The notes: generated from the sequence alone by a model not told the origin. Numbered from the stretch's first letter, positions 1 through 13,042 are shown. The stretch: 64,000 nucleotides of DNA from Eledone cirrhosa (GCA_964016885.1 OZ024745.1:17360001-17424000), one strand, 5' to 3'. Numbers and translations: made by a program.

Positions 1-101
1 AGTCACAGCTTTTGGCTGCTTTAACGGCTGTTCTAGCACTGAGGTTTCTCACTCTTCTCTGAATATGTGAATATGTGGATATATGCATCATATACAGTAT
101 A

Positions 102-142
<41 letters not shown>

Positions 143-147
<5 letters not shown>

Positions 148-947
148 GACGTAAATTAAGAAAATTATAAAAATTAACTTACTTACTAAAATTTCACTCC
201 AACTAATTAGTTACTGAATGGAATAAACATGGTTTTCGAAGGAACTCATGGAGAAAGCCTTTCGTCATCAGGAAGGCTATTCTATAATTTTCTTATTTTA
301 CGTCTTTCATATAATTGTTCTGCATCCCCTTGCATTGAACCACAAAGTTACTGAGACAAAACCTATATATGTGCTAGCATAGGTATGCATCTGTATATAT
401 ATGTTGGTAGATATACTAATTGTTTATAATTATCTCCAAATTATTTTATTCAGCAAACATTTTCCAAAACTACTATTATAGTTCATAGTAATGGTTCGGC
501 TGCTGTCTTCTTAACACCCCACTCCTCACTGATTGACCTCGATGTCACGTGATTGATTCTTTTGAATTTGCCACCGACCAAGTAGGCATTGATTTTTTTC
601 AATGTCTTGGAACTTAGTCCACGCTTTGCTTTTTTCCATCCACTGAATTATTGTTGTATAAGTTCCCTGTGTCCACGCATAGCCTGGGAGCTTAGCTGAG
701 AATAGACTTCCCTGATGACGAAAGGCTTTATCCATGAGTTCCTTCGGAAACCATGTTTATTCCCTTTCAGAAACTAATTAGATGGAGTGAAATTTTAGTA
801 AGTTAATTTTTATAATTTTCTTATTTTACGTCTTTCATATAATTGTTCTGCATTCCCTTGCATTGAACCACAAAGTTACTAAGACAAAACTATATATTTG
901 CTAGCATAGGTATGCATCTGTATATATATGTTGGTAGATATACTAAT
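143..947 (+). mobile_element. ORF-less fold-back plus partial tandem element with HHR-like core (family A), in (TA)n
   Basis: 143-282 is the reverse complement of about 700-836; 283-420 directly repeats 811-947 (period about 528). CTGATGA(712-718)...hairpin...GAAA(747-750) is present, but stem I is not canonical. (TA)n on both sides. Confidence 0.7.
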
Positions 948-948
948 T

Positions 949-982
<34 letters not shown>

Positions 983-983
983 G

Positions 984-1146
984 TAACGAAGGAAATGTGG
1001 TACGGAACCATTTGGACCATGACGCATCAAAGTACTCAATACTTAGGGTAGTAGAGTGGGTAATAGGAACGAGTACGACCCCGACGGCTGAGTCCAGAAT
1101 TAGCCGTCGAAACGGCTTGAGCTCAGCCGTCGGGGTCCTACTCGTT

Positions 1147-1150
<4 letters not shown>
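984..1150 (-). mobile_element. Short 5'-truncated/inverted copy of the 3' end of the intact PLE (family B)
   Basis: Matches 46371-46480, then inverts (agtccagaattagccgtcgaaacggc...gttccta); flanked by (TA)n. Confidence 0.9.
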
Positions 1151-1203
<53 letters not shown>

Positions 1204-1207
<4 letters not shown>

Positions 1208-1590
1208 TGGCTGCCAACTCGTTTTCGAGTACGGCCACTGCTTTATATCCATGTAGGAGAACCCCCACCGATGCGCTGAACGAGTGTGACTTTTTAGTCC
1301 AGCCAGCGACTTAAAAGCTCTGGTACAAACATTACACTTGTGACAATTATTGACACATAGTGCTGCGCCCATGGTACCATGTGATGACAAGTGCAGAGAG
1401 ATCTCCAGATATAAAGCAATGCCTGTGCCGTGAAGCTTTTATAGTGAGCAGAGGCACTGCACAAAGCCAGTCCCACTCTCTTAACCAAGATGATATTTAC
1501 CAAAAAGAAGAACAAGTCAACATCATTGGATACCATCAGGGTTGCAGGTGTTATATCAGAGTTTTCCTTCTCCTAGAATTCTGCCTTGAC
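1204..1590 (-). mobile_element. 3' remnant of a non-LTR retrotransposon (RTE-like) with C-terminal C2H2 finger
   Basis: Minus frame reads CNVCTRAFKSLAGLKSHTRSAH, resembling the C-terminal finger of RTE-type ORFs; otherwise decayed. Confidence 0.55.
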
Positions 1591-1632
1591 AAAGGCTAAG
1601 GGATCATATATATATACATACACACACACACC

Positions 1633-1675
<43 letters not shown>

Positions 1676-1692
1676 ATATACATACATATAAA

Positions 1693-1743
<51 letters not shown>

Positions 1744-1745
1744 AT

Positions 1746-1777
<32 letters not shown>

Positions 1778-2099
1778 ATATAAAACGAAAAATCAGTTAT
1801 GCATCTGACTCAATTTATTGTGTGTTACAGCTGCTTCGCCGGTGGATATGATCATGGTGTGGATCTGTCTGATTCTGGACACGCAGGTTCGACGGACACG
1901 TCTATTGATGTCAGAGCAAATTCTTTCACTGGTGTATTACCGTCAAAAACTTCATCCACTTCGTGTTATTGGCCGCTGGTTGTCTACGTCATCATAATTC
2001 TGACCACAGAGATCGTTCGGCTGACCATCAGCTGTCCCATGTCTGCCACACTTCAATGAATTACTGGTGGGTTTGGTAGTTCACACGTCCTCGCGCGCA

Positions 2100-2100
<1 letters not shown>

Positions 2101-2185
<85 letters not shown>

Positions 2186-2476
2186 GCACACAATCTCATA
2201 GATAGTCGTACGCATACATTCCTGCTATACACACACATTTAAGGAGAACATATAAACATATAAACATACGCACACACACGTGCATGACTACATGCCTATA
2301 TACATCAACACACACACACCCACACAGGCACACACACATGCATACGCGTATATATACACGTACACACAAACACGTACAGACATATACATAGACACCCCCC
2401 TCGCTTCTTTCTCTCCCCATGCACACGCCCATACACGCACGTATCCATATATACAGGCACAGATACACACTCGCAA

Positions 2477-2529
<53 letters not shown>

Positions 2530-2830
2530 AACAAGCCCTGTCCCTGCAGTGGTCGCTTGTACACACACACACACACAGACACACACTGGCTCATATAGAC
2601 TCTTACAAATATGCGCATATTCACATACCCGCCCACGCACGCATAAAAAGATATATATATATATACACAAGTGGGATATACACACAAAGTCATATAAAGA
2701 TACACAATGGGTCATACATGAAAGGATGCATCTTGTTATAAGCATGCACATATATAAACATTATAACCATATACATATATATACATACATATATATATAC
2801 ATATATATACACACACATACATATATACAA
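2101..2830. repeat. Compound microsatellite (CT)n/(CA)n/(TA)n
   Basis: Directly visible; source of several spurious ORFs. Confidence 0.95.
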
Positions 2831-3430
2831 ATATATAAAAGAAATATAAAATATATTAAAAATATACATATAGTGTGCTCTATATGAAAGGGTGCGCCCA
2901 GTTGTATGTGTCTACAGAGATGTTGTTACGTTGCGAACATGGATCAAACAACATATGGAATCTTCACGCAAAGCCACATAATGGGCGTTCATGGTATTAC
3001 AGTAAATAGTATGACCAGACCGTACATAGAAAATGCGTGCAGAAAATATATTTAAAAAATATATATACAAAAAGAAGAAGGAACGTTAATGCGCATGAGA
3101 TAGTACACAAGAGAAGAATAAGATACAGACGTGGGTCTGTATACGGAAAATACATTAGGTGTTACAAAATGGAATACGTGGAGAGTATGGACTCTCTACT
3201 GAAAAGATACACATGCAGGGGGGTGCGTGGACCGGCCATACTGGAGTATGTCACTGTGGTTGAGGTATAGTGTCTTATTGGTGTAAGGCATTTGACTGAA
3301 AGTCACTGGGATCCAGGTTTACCTGTCCCGGCTCAGGCGATGTTGTTGCCTAGGGTGACGTGCAGAGTCGGGTATGCATCCTGGGTTATTTCGGCTTACC
3401 CCACGGGTATATATATATATATATATATAT

Positions 3431-4602
3431 ATAGTGAAAAATGGAACGGGAACAAAACAGAGAGGCAGTACGAACAAAGGTTTATTAGTTTCACGCTCTT
3501 GAAAGTGGGGGGGGGGGGACGTTTCGGGCATAAGCCCTTCTTCAGGCGAAAAGTGGGTGGGAAGAGAGTTCCGAGTGTGTATAGGGGAGTGGAGGAGAGA
3601 CATTTAGAAAAAATGGGGGCGGGAGAGGAAAGGGAGGAAAACCGGTGGAAGGAGTACAAATAAAAAAAATAATAATAAAAATAGCAGGGTGGGAGGAGGG
3701 GGTTAGGAACAGTTTGAGGTGGGTGTGGTGTTGGTGGAGAAAGGATCTCAGGCTGGGCATGGTGGGCGTGGAGTGAAAGCAGGGGGAGGAATGAGAAGGG
3801 AGGTGTGTGATGCGGTGGTGAATCGAAGGGGTGAGTGCGAAAGGTAGTCAGAGACGGGGGAGGGAAAATCAAACAGAAATAACTGTTTCTACTTTAGGCA
3901 CAAGGCCAGCAATTACCCAGTGCATTACTAGTACTTTATTTTATCGACCCCGTAAGGATGAAAGGCAAAGTCAACCTCAGCGGGATTTGAACTCAGACCG
4001 TAAAGGGACGTAACTATGCTGCAAAGCATGGCGTCCGACCCTCCACCGATACTGCCAATCCGCCGCCCTCTCCTTACGATATTTCAAACAGTGCAAAATC
4101 ATAGACAAAAAATCATAGACAGATATAAACAAATACAGTAAATAAATCAATCAAAATGAAAGGAAAAAACGGGTTGTGTTAAGGTGTGGGAAAGTTCAGA
4201 GAGTGGTCACGGCGGATTAGATTGAGGTTGAGCCGGTAGTCAAGGTAGTATTCCAAGGCGGTATGGAAGCCGTGTGGAGCGTGTATTGTATAGTAAAAAA
4301 TGGAGCGGGTACAAAACAGAGAGGCAGTACGGACGAAGGTTTATTAGTTTCACGCTCTTGAGAGTGGGGGGGAGGGGAACGACATTTCGGGCATAAGCCT
4401 TTCTTCAGGCGAAAAGTGGGTGGGAAGAGAGTTCCGAGGGTGTGTAGCGGAGTGTAGGAGAGACATATAGAAAAAAGGGAGGGAGAGGAAAGGGAGGAAA
4501 AACGGTGGAAGGGGTACAAATAAAAAATAAATAAATAAATAAAATAGGGGGGGGGAGTTTAAGGTGGGTGTGGAGTTGGTGGAGAAAGGATCTCAGGCTG
4601 GG
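3431..4602 (-). mobile_element. ORF-less element with two direct repeats (about 3431-3757 and 4291-4602), each with a minimal HHR-like core; interrupted by a SINE
   Basis: Minus strand CTGAAGA-agggc ttat gccc-GAAA-cGTC at 3518-3545 and a variant at 4381-4410; stem I is weak or absent. Confidence 0.65.
3880..4067 (-). mobile_element. tRNA-derived SINE, octopus OK/Nin-domain-like
   Basis: B-box GTTCAAATCC plus GCCTTTCATCCTTACGGGGTCGATAAAATAAAGTAC core; more than 12 copies in the window. Confidence 0.85.
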
Positions 4603-6466
4603 ATATATATATATATATATATAAATATATACATATATACTGTATATGATGCATATATCCATATAAACTGTATATGATGCATATATATATATATATATGT
4701 ATGCATCATATATATATATATATATGCATCATATATATGTATATATATATATATAAACACATACATACTTCCTTACAAATATGCTTACATACAAACATAC
4801 TCATGATAGAATTAATTATGAAGAACTGTATTGCGACAATACATGAAATTGTCACTATTGTTACTTCAAAAATATTAGTGTATATAATCATGATGCATCA
4901 TATATCTTTTATGTTATTCACACCTTCAGTACAATGTCTGAGTGATATTCTGTTTATTATTTGGTGATATTACTAGTGTATCTTAAACAGTTGTCGAATA
5001 TTCTTCGTCGTACTATAGTTTGGAATGTATAATAAAGATGTTTAATCATTAAAACAACAATAGCACCACTAAGCCTGTAATTCATGTGTTTCATATTTTA
5101 TTATGGCTTTGATACATCATTGGAATACATGATCAAATATTGAAAATATAAAGTTTTTATGATGATGCAATAATCAATATTTCTACGACAAATTCTGATA
5201 CAGTTATGCGGATTTGAAAACATAATAAAATAAGTTGAATCTATCGAGGAATTAATGAGTATCAAAACTGTTGTTATGTTAAAATTGTTATGTTTATAAT
5301 CACTGAAGCTTCACAAACCTACGATAATTGAAACATATATTAAAATATATCTGCAATATAAATCAAATTCTTAAAAATTATAAGCTCCAAATGAAATTAT
5401 GTTACACACCAATAGTCCTTCATATACACTTTCAGTCAGATTAAACTCAATATATTTAAAACATAATTTATATTGTTATTTCGGCGATCTAAGTAACACA
5501 TATATTTCAATAATTTTCGAATTATATTTCGTTTCATCGGTCCACTTCTATTGAGACACTGGAATATTCCTGAAGACGAATGACATCTTTGTGTAGAACT
5601 AAGGATGTCATTTCACAGACATCACTGCAAAGTGGATTATTGTCTAATGTCTCCTTTAAGAGCCCACCATAATTAATGGAACTCTGACTGCAGAAATCAC
5701 AATACATAAAAAGAATTTGAGTGGCTTAATCTAATATTCTTATGATTATCTATAGCCAGTCTGAATATAAACGTGTGATCAAATCTACACTTTCATTAAT
5801 AATATCCTGACTCTAAAATAGTCAATTTATTAAGGCAATAATTTGAAGCGGCTGTACTACGAAATATGAAGGTGGGTTTAATTGATGTTTACAGCACTGC
5901 GTTCACAATCATAAATCCTAGACTAATTCAAGGACCTAGCAATGCGCGTGATGTCCATTGACGCTTTATTTCCCCTAGCTTCATTTAAAATAGGAGGGAA
6001 AACTGAAACTTACTTGTATTTTAAAATCCAGGCTCGTAACATAGTGTTTAAAGGAGTATCATTTCGGTGGACCAATCCATTTGCGCTGGTCTCAGCGGAA
6101 TGCATAGCTAAATGTAGGTTAAATCAACCAGAGTGATTTTCCATTGTTTTGCACACATGGAACACACGTCGTAGGAATAGACATTACATCAACATATAAA
6201 ATACGGTGTAGAACATATCTACAAGGTGCACGTTTGCTATACCTATCTAGGAGAGCTGAAGACTACATGCTATCTGAATTGTTTTTCCTGAGTTTACCAT
6301 AATTATTTAAAAATATGATACTGCAATGGCATCAGGTGGTATCTATTCTAATGTCTTTCTTCTATGAAAAGAGAAACAAAATTGATATCATGGAGGAAAA
6401 TGTTTTTGTTCATTTACTCCTTCTTGAAACATAATTCCACAGAAGAATATGATAGACAAATATATA

Positions 6467-6511
<45 letters not shown>

Positions 6512-6516
6512 GTATA

Positions 6517-6573
<57 letters not shown>

Positions 6574-6576
<3 letters not shown>

Positions 6577-6691
6577 TTGAAAAAAAATGAAAACGAAATT
6601 TCATTTCTCCCTCTTAGTATGGCACTTACTTAAATGTAAGTATGTATGTATACGTACATACATATATGTATACAGACGTACAGTAGCATGC

Positions 6692-6752
<61 letters not shown>

Positions 6753-7286
6753 TATACACATATGCATACAGGTACACATACATATATGCACGCATCAGTT
6801 TAGCCGACGTTTACTATAACGCCGGCCGCTTTGTTCGTTTGTTTGTCAACAAACCGAACAGCCTGAATTTATGCCATACGGTTTAAGTAAGTGCCATACT
6901 AAGAGTGAGAAATGAAATTTCGTTTTCATTTTTTTTCAACTTATCGTTTTCGGTATGCCTGACCGATTTAACTCACTCAATATGCAAATTAGGCTGCTCA
7001 GCCGTTAATTTTCATAAGGAAAGTATATACTTTCGAACGTTCAACTATCTGGCAGATGGGTAAACGGTGCTGATGATAGCTAACAAGGTTGAAACTAGTA
7101 CATCGTTCCTGTGTCAGTGTTGAACAAAAAGGTGACGTGGTTGCCTTAACACCGTATGGCATAAATTCAGGCTGTTCGGTTTGTTGACAAACAAACGAAC
7201 AAAGCGGCCGGCGTTATAATAAACGTCGGCTAAACTGATGCGTGCATATATGTATGTGTACCTGTATGCATATGTGTATATATATG

Positions 7287-7321
<35 letters not shown>

Positions 7322-7377
7322 GCATGCTACTGTACGTCTGTATACATATATGTATGTACGTATACATACATACTTAC

Positions 7378-7382
<5 letters not shown>
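6574..7382 (+). mobile_element. ORF-less fold-back HHR element (family D), unit about 500 nt
   Basis: Left arm 6574-6884 is the reverse complement of [7151-7382]+[6882-6944]; (TA)n flanks. Confidence 0.8.
7063..7107 (+). ncRNA. Minimal type I hammerhead ribozyme
   Basis: Stem I aacggtg/catcgtt, core CTGATGA(7070-7076), weak stem II, GAAA(7091-7094), palindromic stem III actagt, predicted cleavage triplet GUA. Confidence 0.8.
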
Positions 7383-7424
<42 letters not shown>

Positions 7425-7427
<3 letters not shown>

Positions 7428-7659
7428 CGAAGGAAATGTGCTACGGAACCAGATGGAACATAACTCACCAAAGTACTCAATATTTAGGGTAGTAGAGTGG
7501 GTAATAGGAACGAGTAGGACCCCGACGGCTGAGCTCAAGCAGTTTCTACGGCTAATTCTGGACTAAATGAACATTTTTATCCTCAGGATAAACATTTTCA
7601 TTTAGTCCAGAATTAGCCCTCGAATCGGCTTGAGCTCAGCCGTCAGAGTCCTACTCGTT

Positions 7660-7663
<4 letters not shown>
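7425..7663 (-). mobile_element. Short inverted copy of family B 3' end
   Basis: Matches 46371-46528, folds back at about 7584 and ends ...gttccta then (TA)n. Confidence 0.9.
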
Positions 7664-7719
<56 letters not shown>

Positions 7720-7722
<3 letters not shown>

Positions 7723-7850
7723 CGAAGGAAATGTGGTAAGGAACCAGGTGGACCATAACGCACCAAAGTACTCAATACTTGACGTAGTAGAGTGGGTAAT
7801 AGGAACCTTGAAGACCCCGACAGCTGACCTCAAGCCGTTTCGACGGCTAA
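7720..7850 (-). mobile_element. 5'-truncated family B 3' end, no inversion
   Basis: Near-identical to 46371-46501. Confidence 0.9.
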
Positions 7851-7853
7851 CTC

Positions 7854-7890
<37 letters not shown>

Positions 7891-7894
7891 CGCG

Positions 7895-7941
<47 letters not shown>

Positions 7942-8019
7942 ATGTATAATAAAAAAAATTATAGTTTGCTGAAAGCATTGTGTATAAGACATAACGTTGA
8001 AAGAGATAAATGGTTCTAA

Positions 8020-8944
8020 ACAATGCTGAAGACGAACGGATTCCTAACATCCACAAATAATTGACTGAAAAATTGAAGGCGCCGCAGGCGTAAGACCTCC
8101 TCTAACACCCGCTTCATGGAATTACCATATTTTAGCGAAATCATAACCCTAGCTATCCGCATAGCTATCCACAAAGGACGGGGCTTATGATTAGCACACT
8201 CCGGCCCGTCACTGCGTGGACAACTGTCGAAAAAGCGACCCGGAGAAAATAACAATCATTGCTCACTGACTAACTGCTCTATCCGCGATACAGGTATGTG
8301 GCAGAGGACTTTTGCGGCATACCGGATTGTATGCAACAAATATAAGGAGTTCTACATTGGTAGCACGACTCGAGCTCTTCACACTCGCTTTAAAGAACAC
8401 GTCAACACATACGCATCCTCATTCAAAAAACATATTGACATATGTAGAAACATCAAACAACATGTTACTACGAAAGCCAGTGATAGAAATGTGGGCACTT
8501 AAGGATTAAGGAAGTCTTGCTCATATGTAGACTCAACCCGCAAATAGATAATAGATTAGAATCCAGCACACAGTTCTAGACATAAAAAGACACACCCACA
8601 AGCACAAAAACTGAACATCTCATAACAAAAAAGAAAATTGATTTCGCGAAATACTATATTGGCAATTGACGTCATTCACGTGGCAAGCGAAGTATGGCTT
8701 CCACACGACTTAGAAATAATTTAAAGCAAAATCGAAATTTAATCTCAAAGAGAGGAAATAGGAACATTATCCACTGAAAGTTCCCTAAAACATGATGAAG
8801 GGATATTTACGTCCCGAAATATTGGAGAGTTAAAAGAACAACAACAAAATGAATAATAATAATAACAAATTACTTACTTTTATTTTTCGTTACCCCATCT
8901 TTCTGTCCATTTTGCATTGTTTAGACTTCTATCTCTTTCAGCGT

Positions 8945-8945
<1 letters not shown>
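8020..8945 (+). mobile_element. Decayed PLE 3' fragment of a different, non-Naiad type
   Basis: GIY-YIG remnant AYRIVCNKYKEFYIGSTTRALHTRFKEH; downstream degenerate HHR (c)ATGATGA-agggat...gtccc-GAAA at about 8791-8819. Confidence 0.7.
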
Positions 8946-8992
<47 letters not shown>

Positions 8993-9463
8993 ATAACAAA
9001 TTATCGTTCAAGGTAATCCAGTTAGAGGCTGTGGATAGTTTTAACGTACGGCGTTGTTTGACTCAACAAGAAGTTTCCTTAGTTAGGTGTCGAATTTACG
9101 AGGATTTCCATGCAGGTGATTCTTGGAGTAATAGTAGTGAAAGAGGGAAGAATAACATGGTCGGCTGTACAAAAGGATTTCATTTACACTACTAACAATT
9201 CTTTCATTGATCAAATGAGTCTAAAGGCCGCTAATCACTAGAAATTGTGTCACTCGACCTTAAATACAGTGTGTGTCTCTGATCAAATCATCGGAATACA
9301 GAAGGATGTAACACACGTCACTGGTATTTAGATACATCGGAGAATCAAGTAAATAAACATGAAAATGAAAATGAAAACAATAACACCTAATAATATAAAA
9401 TAAGAAATAATGAATTGATAAAAAAATAATAAAGAATAAAAAGACAAAAGATAAGGTTATTGT

Positions 9464-9505
<42 letters not shown>

Positions 9506-9515
9506 ATGAAATTAT

Positions 9516-9682
9516 AATTGTTTGTACTTTTGGCACAGGCCACCAATTATCCAGTGCATTACTGGTACTTTATTTTATCAACCCCGTAAGGATGAAAAGC
9601 AAAGATAACCTCAGCGGGATTTGAACTCAGACCATAAAGGGCCGTAACTATTTGCTGCAAAGCATGGCTTCTGACCCTCTAA
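9516..9682 (-). mobile_element. OK/Nin-like SINE
   Basis: Similar to 3880-4067. Confidence 0.8.
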
Positions 9683-10029
9683 TGGTGAAAAGGTGGATGT
9701 ATAAAATAGTGATGACAGTAATGATAAAAATAACATGAAAAGAAATGCGATATTTGATAGGCCAAATATTGCTGAGTGGATATAGTGTATTGATTAGTAA
9801 AGGATTAAAAAAAACAGTAAGAGAGAAAGAGAAAAAGAACAAAAGATAGAGAATAACGAGTACAGATTCGTGGATGAGACAATTGAGGTGATGCGACTAT
9901 AAAGAGAAAGGGAAAGAAAGGTTGGGGGATTCATGTTTTTTATTTACTGACCCGTTGGTTAGTTTACAGTTAATAACAGTGAAGTGATGTTAGTACATCT
10001 AAATCCGGGTGGTTCTCGCTGAATACTGA

Positions 10030-10237
10030 GATCGCTAGATCGCTTTATGACGGTTGTGGTTTGAAGTTGGAGAATTTAGTGGCTGCTTTGTACCTACAGA
10101 AGGTTGTTTGCTCTTGATATTGCATAGTCCGCAGTAGGACATTCCGCTTTGTAGGCCCTTGCACTTGATAACTTCGACCAGCTAATCTTGTTTGATGTAT
10201 TTTAGCTGCCAGATTTTAGTGGCCAGTGTCGTTGTAT
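10030..10237 (-). mobile_element. Very short PLE endonuclease C-terminal remnant
   Basis: Frameshifted TTTLATKIWQLK...ISWSKLSSARAY...YCGLCN, parallel to TTLSGHIWDLK...LTWRLLSRANSY...CNLC of the intact ORF. Confidence 0.65.
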
Positions 10238-10528
10238 GGATACACTATGTATACACGCACACACACACACACATACACACACACATATATATATATATAT
10301 ATATGATAGGCATATAGTGGTTATTTATATAAAGATAAATATCCATCATTAATGTCTGTATTTTGTCAGTCAATATATATATATATGTATATATATATAT
10401 ACGGGGTAACAGATTATTGTTATAGGTAGTCCACTTAAGTGTAGTCCAGTAATGGTACTCAGAGAAACAATTGTCAGCAATGAGATTAAAAACCTTTTTT
10501 GTATAGCAAACCGTGTCACTCTTCTTTC

Positions 10529-10613
<85 letters not shown>

Positions 10614-10719
10614 GTGTGTGTGTGTGTGTAAAAGGTAAACAGAAATAGCAACACAATCGGTACATTATATGGAAGGGGAGCGATATATTAGGTTAACCAT
10701 TGATATAGCAGGAAGAGGG

Positions 10720-10755
10720 TCTTAACGTTTCGGACGCTAGTCCTTCATCAGAAGA
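10720..10755 (-). ncRNA. Minimal type I hammerhead ribozyme in short repeat family H (about 10630-10850)
   Basis: tctt-CTGATGA-aggac tagc gtcc-GAAA-cgt-T-aaga; palindromic stem III acgt. Decayed relatives at about 23870-24070 and 32985-33115. Confidence 0.8.
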
Positions 10756-10880
10756 AAGAATGACAAATAAGATAGATTGAGGGAATGGGCGGGTTGGAAT
10801 TTGAAAATATGTCTTTAGATAAAAATAACTGGTCCATTCATGTTGACATCTCTTGCTTCATATATATATATATATATATA

Positions 10881-11108
10881 ATACAAGATATTACCAAATG
10901 GAAACAATATTTATAAAACCATATTTATTTCATTATACATATTTCAAGGGCCACCAGAGCAAACTATGGTGCGCTTTCATCAGATAAAATATAATATAGG
11001 TTAGTTTTATAAATAAATATTGACATACCCTTAAAAAATGCAACCATTCTGGTTGGAATCTCCTGGATAGTTTTGCTTATTGTATCCCAACAAATTAAAT
11101 ATAACTTC
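10881..11108. mobile_element. Family C PLE terminal fragment with HHR motif (10926-10991, minus)
   Basis: ttttat-CTGATGA-aagcgcacca...tggtggccctt-GAAA-tatgta-TA-atgaaata; homologous to 18.6, 45.4 and 61.3 kb. Confidence 0.75.
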
Positions 11109-11142
11109 TCTCTCCCCCCCTCTCTCTCTCTATATATATATA

Positions 11143-12137
11143 TATATTTATTAAAATAACAGATTAAAGTTTAAGCAAATAATCGCTGCTTTCACCCTTA
11201 ACGGGATCTTCTGAAACTAACAAAGTCAATCTGTGAACGCAGAAGTGAATATTTCAAAAGAAGTTCCAACCGGAGGAAGACAGGAAGATGATACTTTGGT
11301 TCGTGGAAATGTTCCCTGGCAAAGAACGGGAAAAAACGAATATAATACGTCATTATATGGAGCGGTGAAAAACAATTACACGCAAAGACAAAACCACGTT
11401 TATGGTATAAAAGAAGTCGTAGACTAATATTCTCTTAGGTGGTTCATAGAGACGTTCTCTGGCAATGAACGGAAAAAACGAAGATAATACGTCATATGTG
11501 GAGCGGGGAGAACAATTGCACGCAAAGACAAAACCACGTAAATGGTATAACTTAAGCCGTAGACTAAAATTCTAACTAGGAAACCGAATGATTCTCGGCT
11601 TCAGAGTTAAGAATAAAGTAAATAAAATACAGAGTTAGAATTTTAGTCTACGACTTAAGTTATCCCATTTACGCGGTTTTGTCTTTCCGTGCAATTGTTC
11701 TCCCCACTCCACATATGACGTATTATCTTGTTTTTTTTTCCGTTTTTTCGTCTCTATGAATCAAATATTTGTCTACGACTTCTTTTATACCATAAACTTG
11801 GTTTTGTCTTTGCGTGTAATTGTTTTTCAACGCTCCAAATAATGACGTATTATATTCGATTTTTCCCGTTCTTTGCCAGGGAACGTTTCCACGAACCAAA
11901 GTATCGTCTTCCTGTCTTCCTCCGGTTGCAACGTTTTTTGAAATATTCACTTCTGCGTTCACAGATTGACTTTGTTAGTTTCAGAAGATCCCGTTAAGGG
12001 TGAAAGCAGCGATTCTTCGCTTAAACTTTAATCTGTTATTTTAATAAATATTTGCTCTACGGTTCATATATATTTGATATATATTTATCCTTATCGAGCC
12101 CTCTTTGGATTTTAGTCTTCAAATTTATTATTATTAA
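11143..12137 (+). mobile_element. ORF-less fold-back element with arms of about 410-500 bp
   Basis: About 11143-11570 is inverted relative to 11640-12050; the right arm extends about 85 nt further. HHR-like CAGAAGA-tccc gttaa gggt-GAAA at about 11982-12005. Confidence 0.75.
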
Positions 12138-12146
12138 TATATATAT

Positions 12147-12299
12147 ATATGAATGACGTAAAATAAGAAAATTATAAAAATTAACTTACTTACTAAAATG
12201 TTTCTCCAACTAATTAGTTTCCGAAAGGGAATAAACATGGTTTTCAAATGGAAAGCATGGAGAAGCCGTTTCGTCATCAGGAAGTCTGTTCTCAGCTAA
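12147..12299 (-). mobile_element. Second family A fragment
   Basis: Similar to 143-282, with nearly the same start point. Confidence 0.8.
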
Positions 12300-12998
12300 A
12301 ATATATATATATAGTAAGGTTGTGTCATACGGTCCAATAAACTTTTGTTAGCAATATTAAGTTCTCACGCTTTTGTATATCTCCAATTCCATTTATGGGA
12401 ACAGCTAGAAGATTAAGCAGCCAAAACACGCCGATACTATCGCCTTCATTTAGGGTCATATGTGTGTGTATATGCCAAAACATAAACTATTTAGAATATA
12501 CGGATGTTACAATTCAATCGATACACCTATAACAGAACATTGAACTGAATATACTTGCGTGTGTATAGGGTTGCGGTGGACTCAATTTTTCCTATTTACA
12601 TCGTCAAATTGACATTTGTTGTTTTCTAACCTAACTTTCAGTGAATACTATGTTAGTACATATATTTTTTTCTTCGACCTCGCGTCGGTGTGTGTGACCG
12701 ACTGTAATTCTACAGATTTTTTACAGCTATTGAGAGATAGAGACTTGTTTGTTTTATGACCCTAACTGAAGACGATAGCAGTCGGCGTGTTTTGGCTGCT
12801 TAATCTTCATATGAGGGACAAAACTCTAGTGAGTGAACATCGTTAAATTTTCTCCCTCATATCAAGGACTTGAAGACAATTCATTTTCACCTGACGTGAT
12901 CAGTGATAATCGATCATGGCCACACGATCGATCTATCTGTTATTGAAACATGTGTCGTGATTAAAATGATTGGAAATTGTATACCATGCTTTAGGATC

Positions 12999-13042
<44 letters not shown>

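Noticed and set aside
1830-2060. Possible host exon (GC-richer island)
   Set aside because: No recognisable protein motif or convincing splice pair; cannot support.
11233-11962. Pair of similar 64/79-aa ORFs on opposite strands
   Set aside because: Product of the fold-back; GTG starts and no homology recognised.
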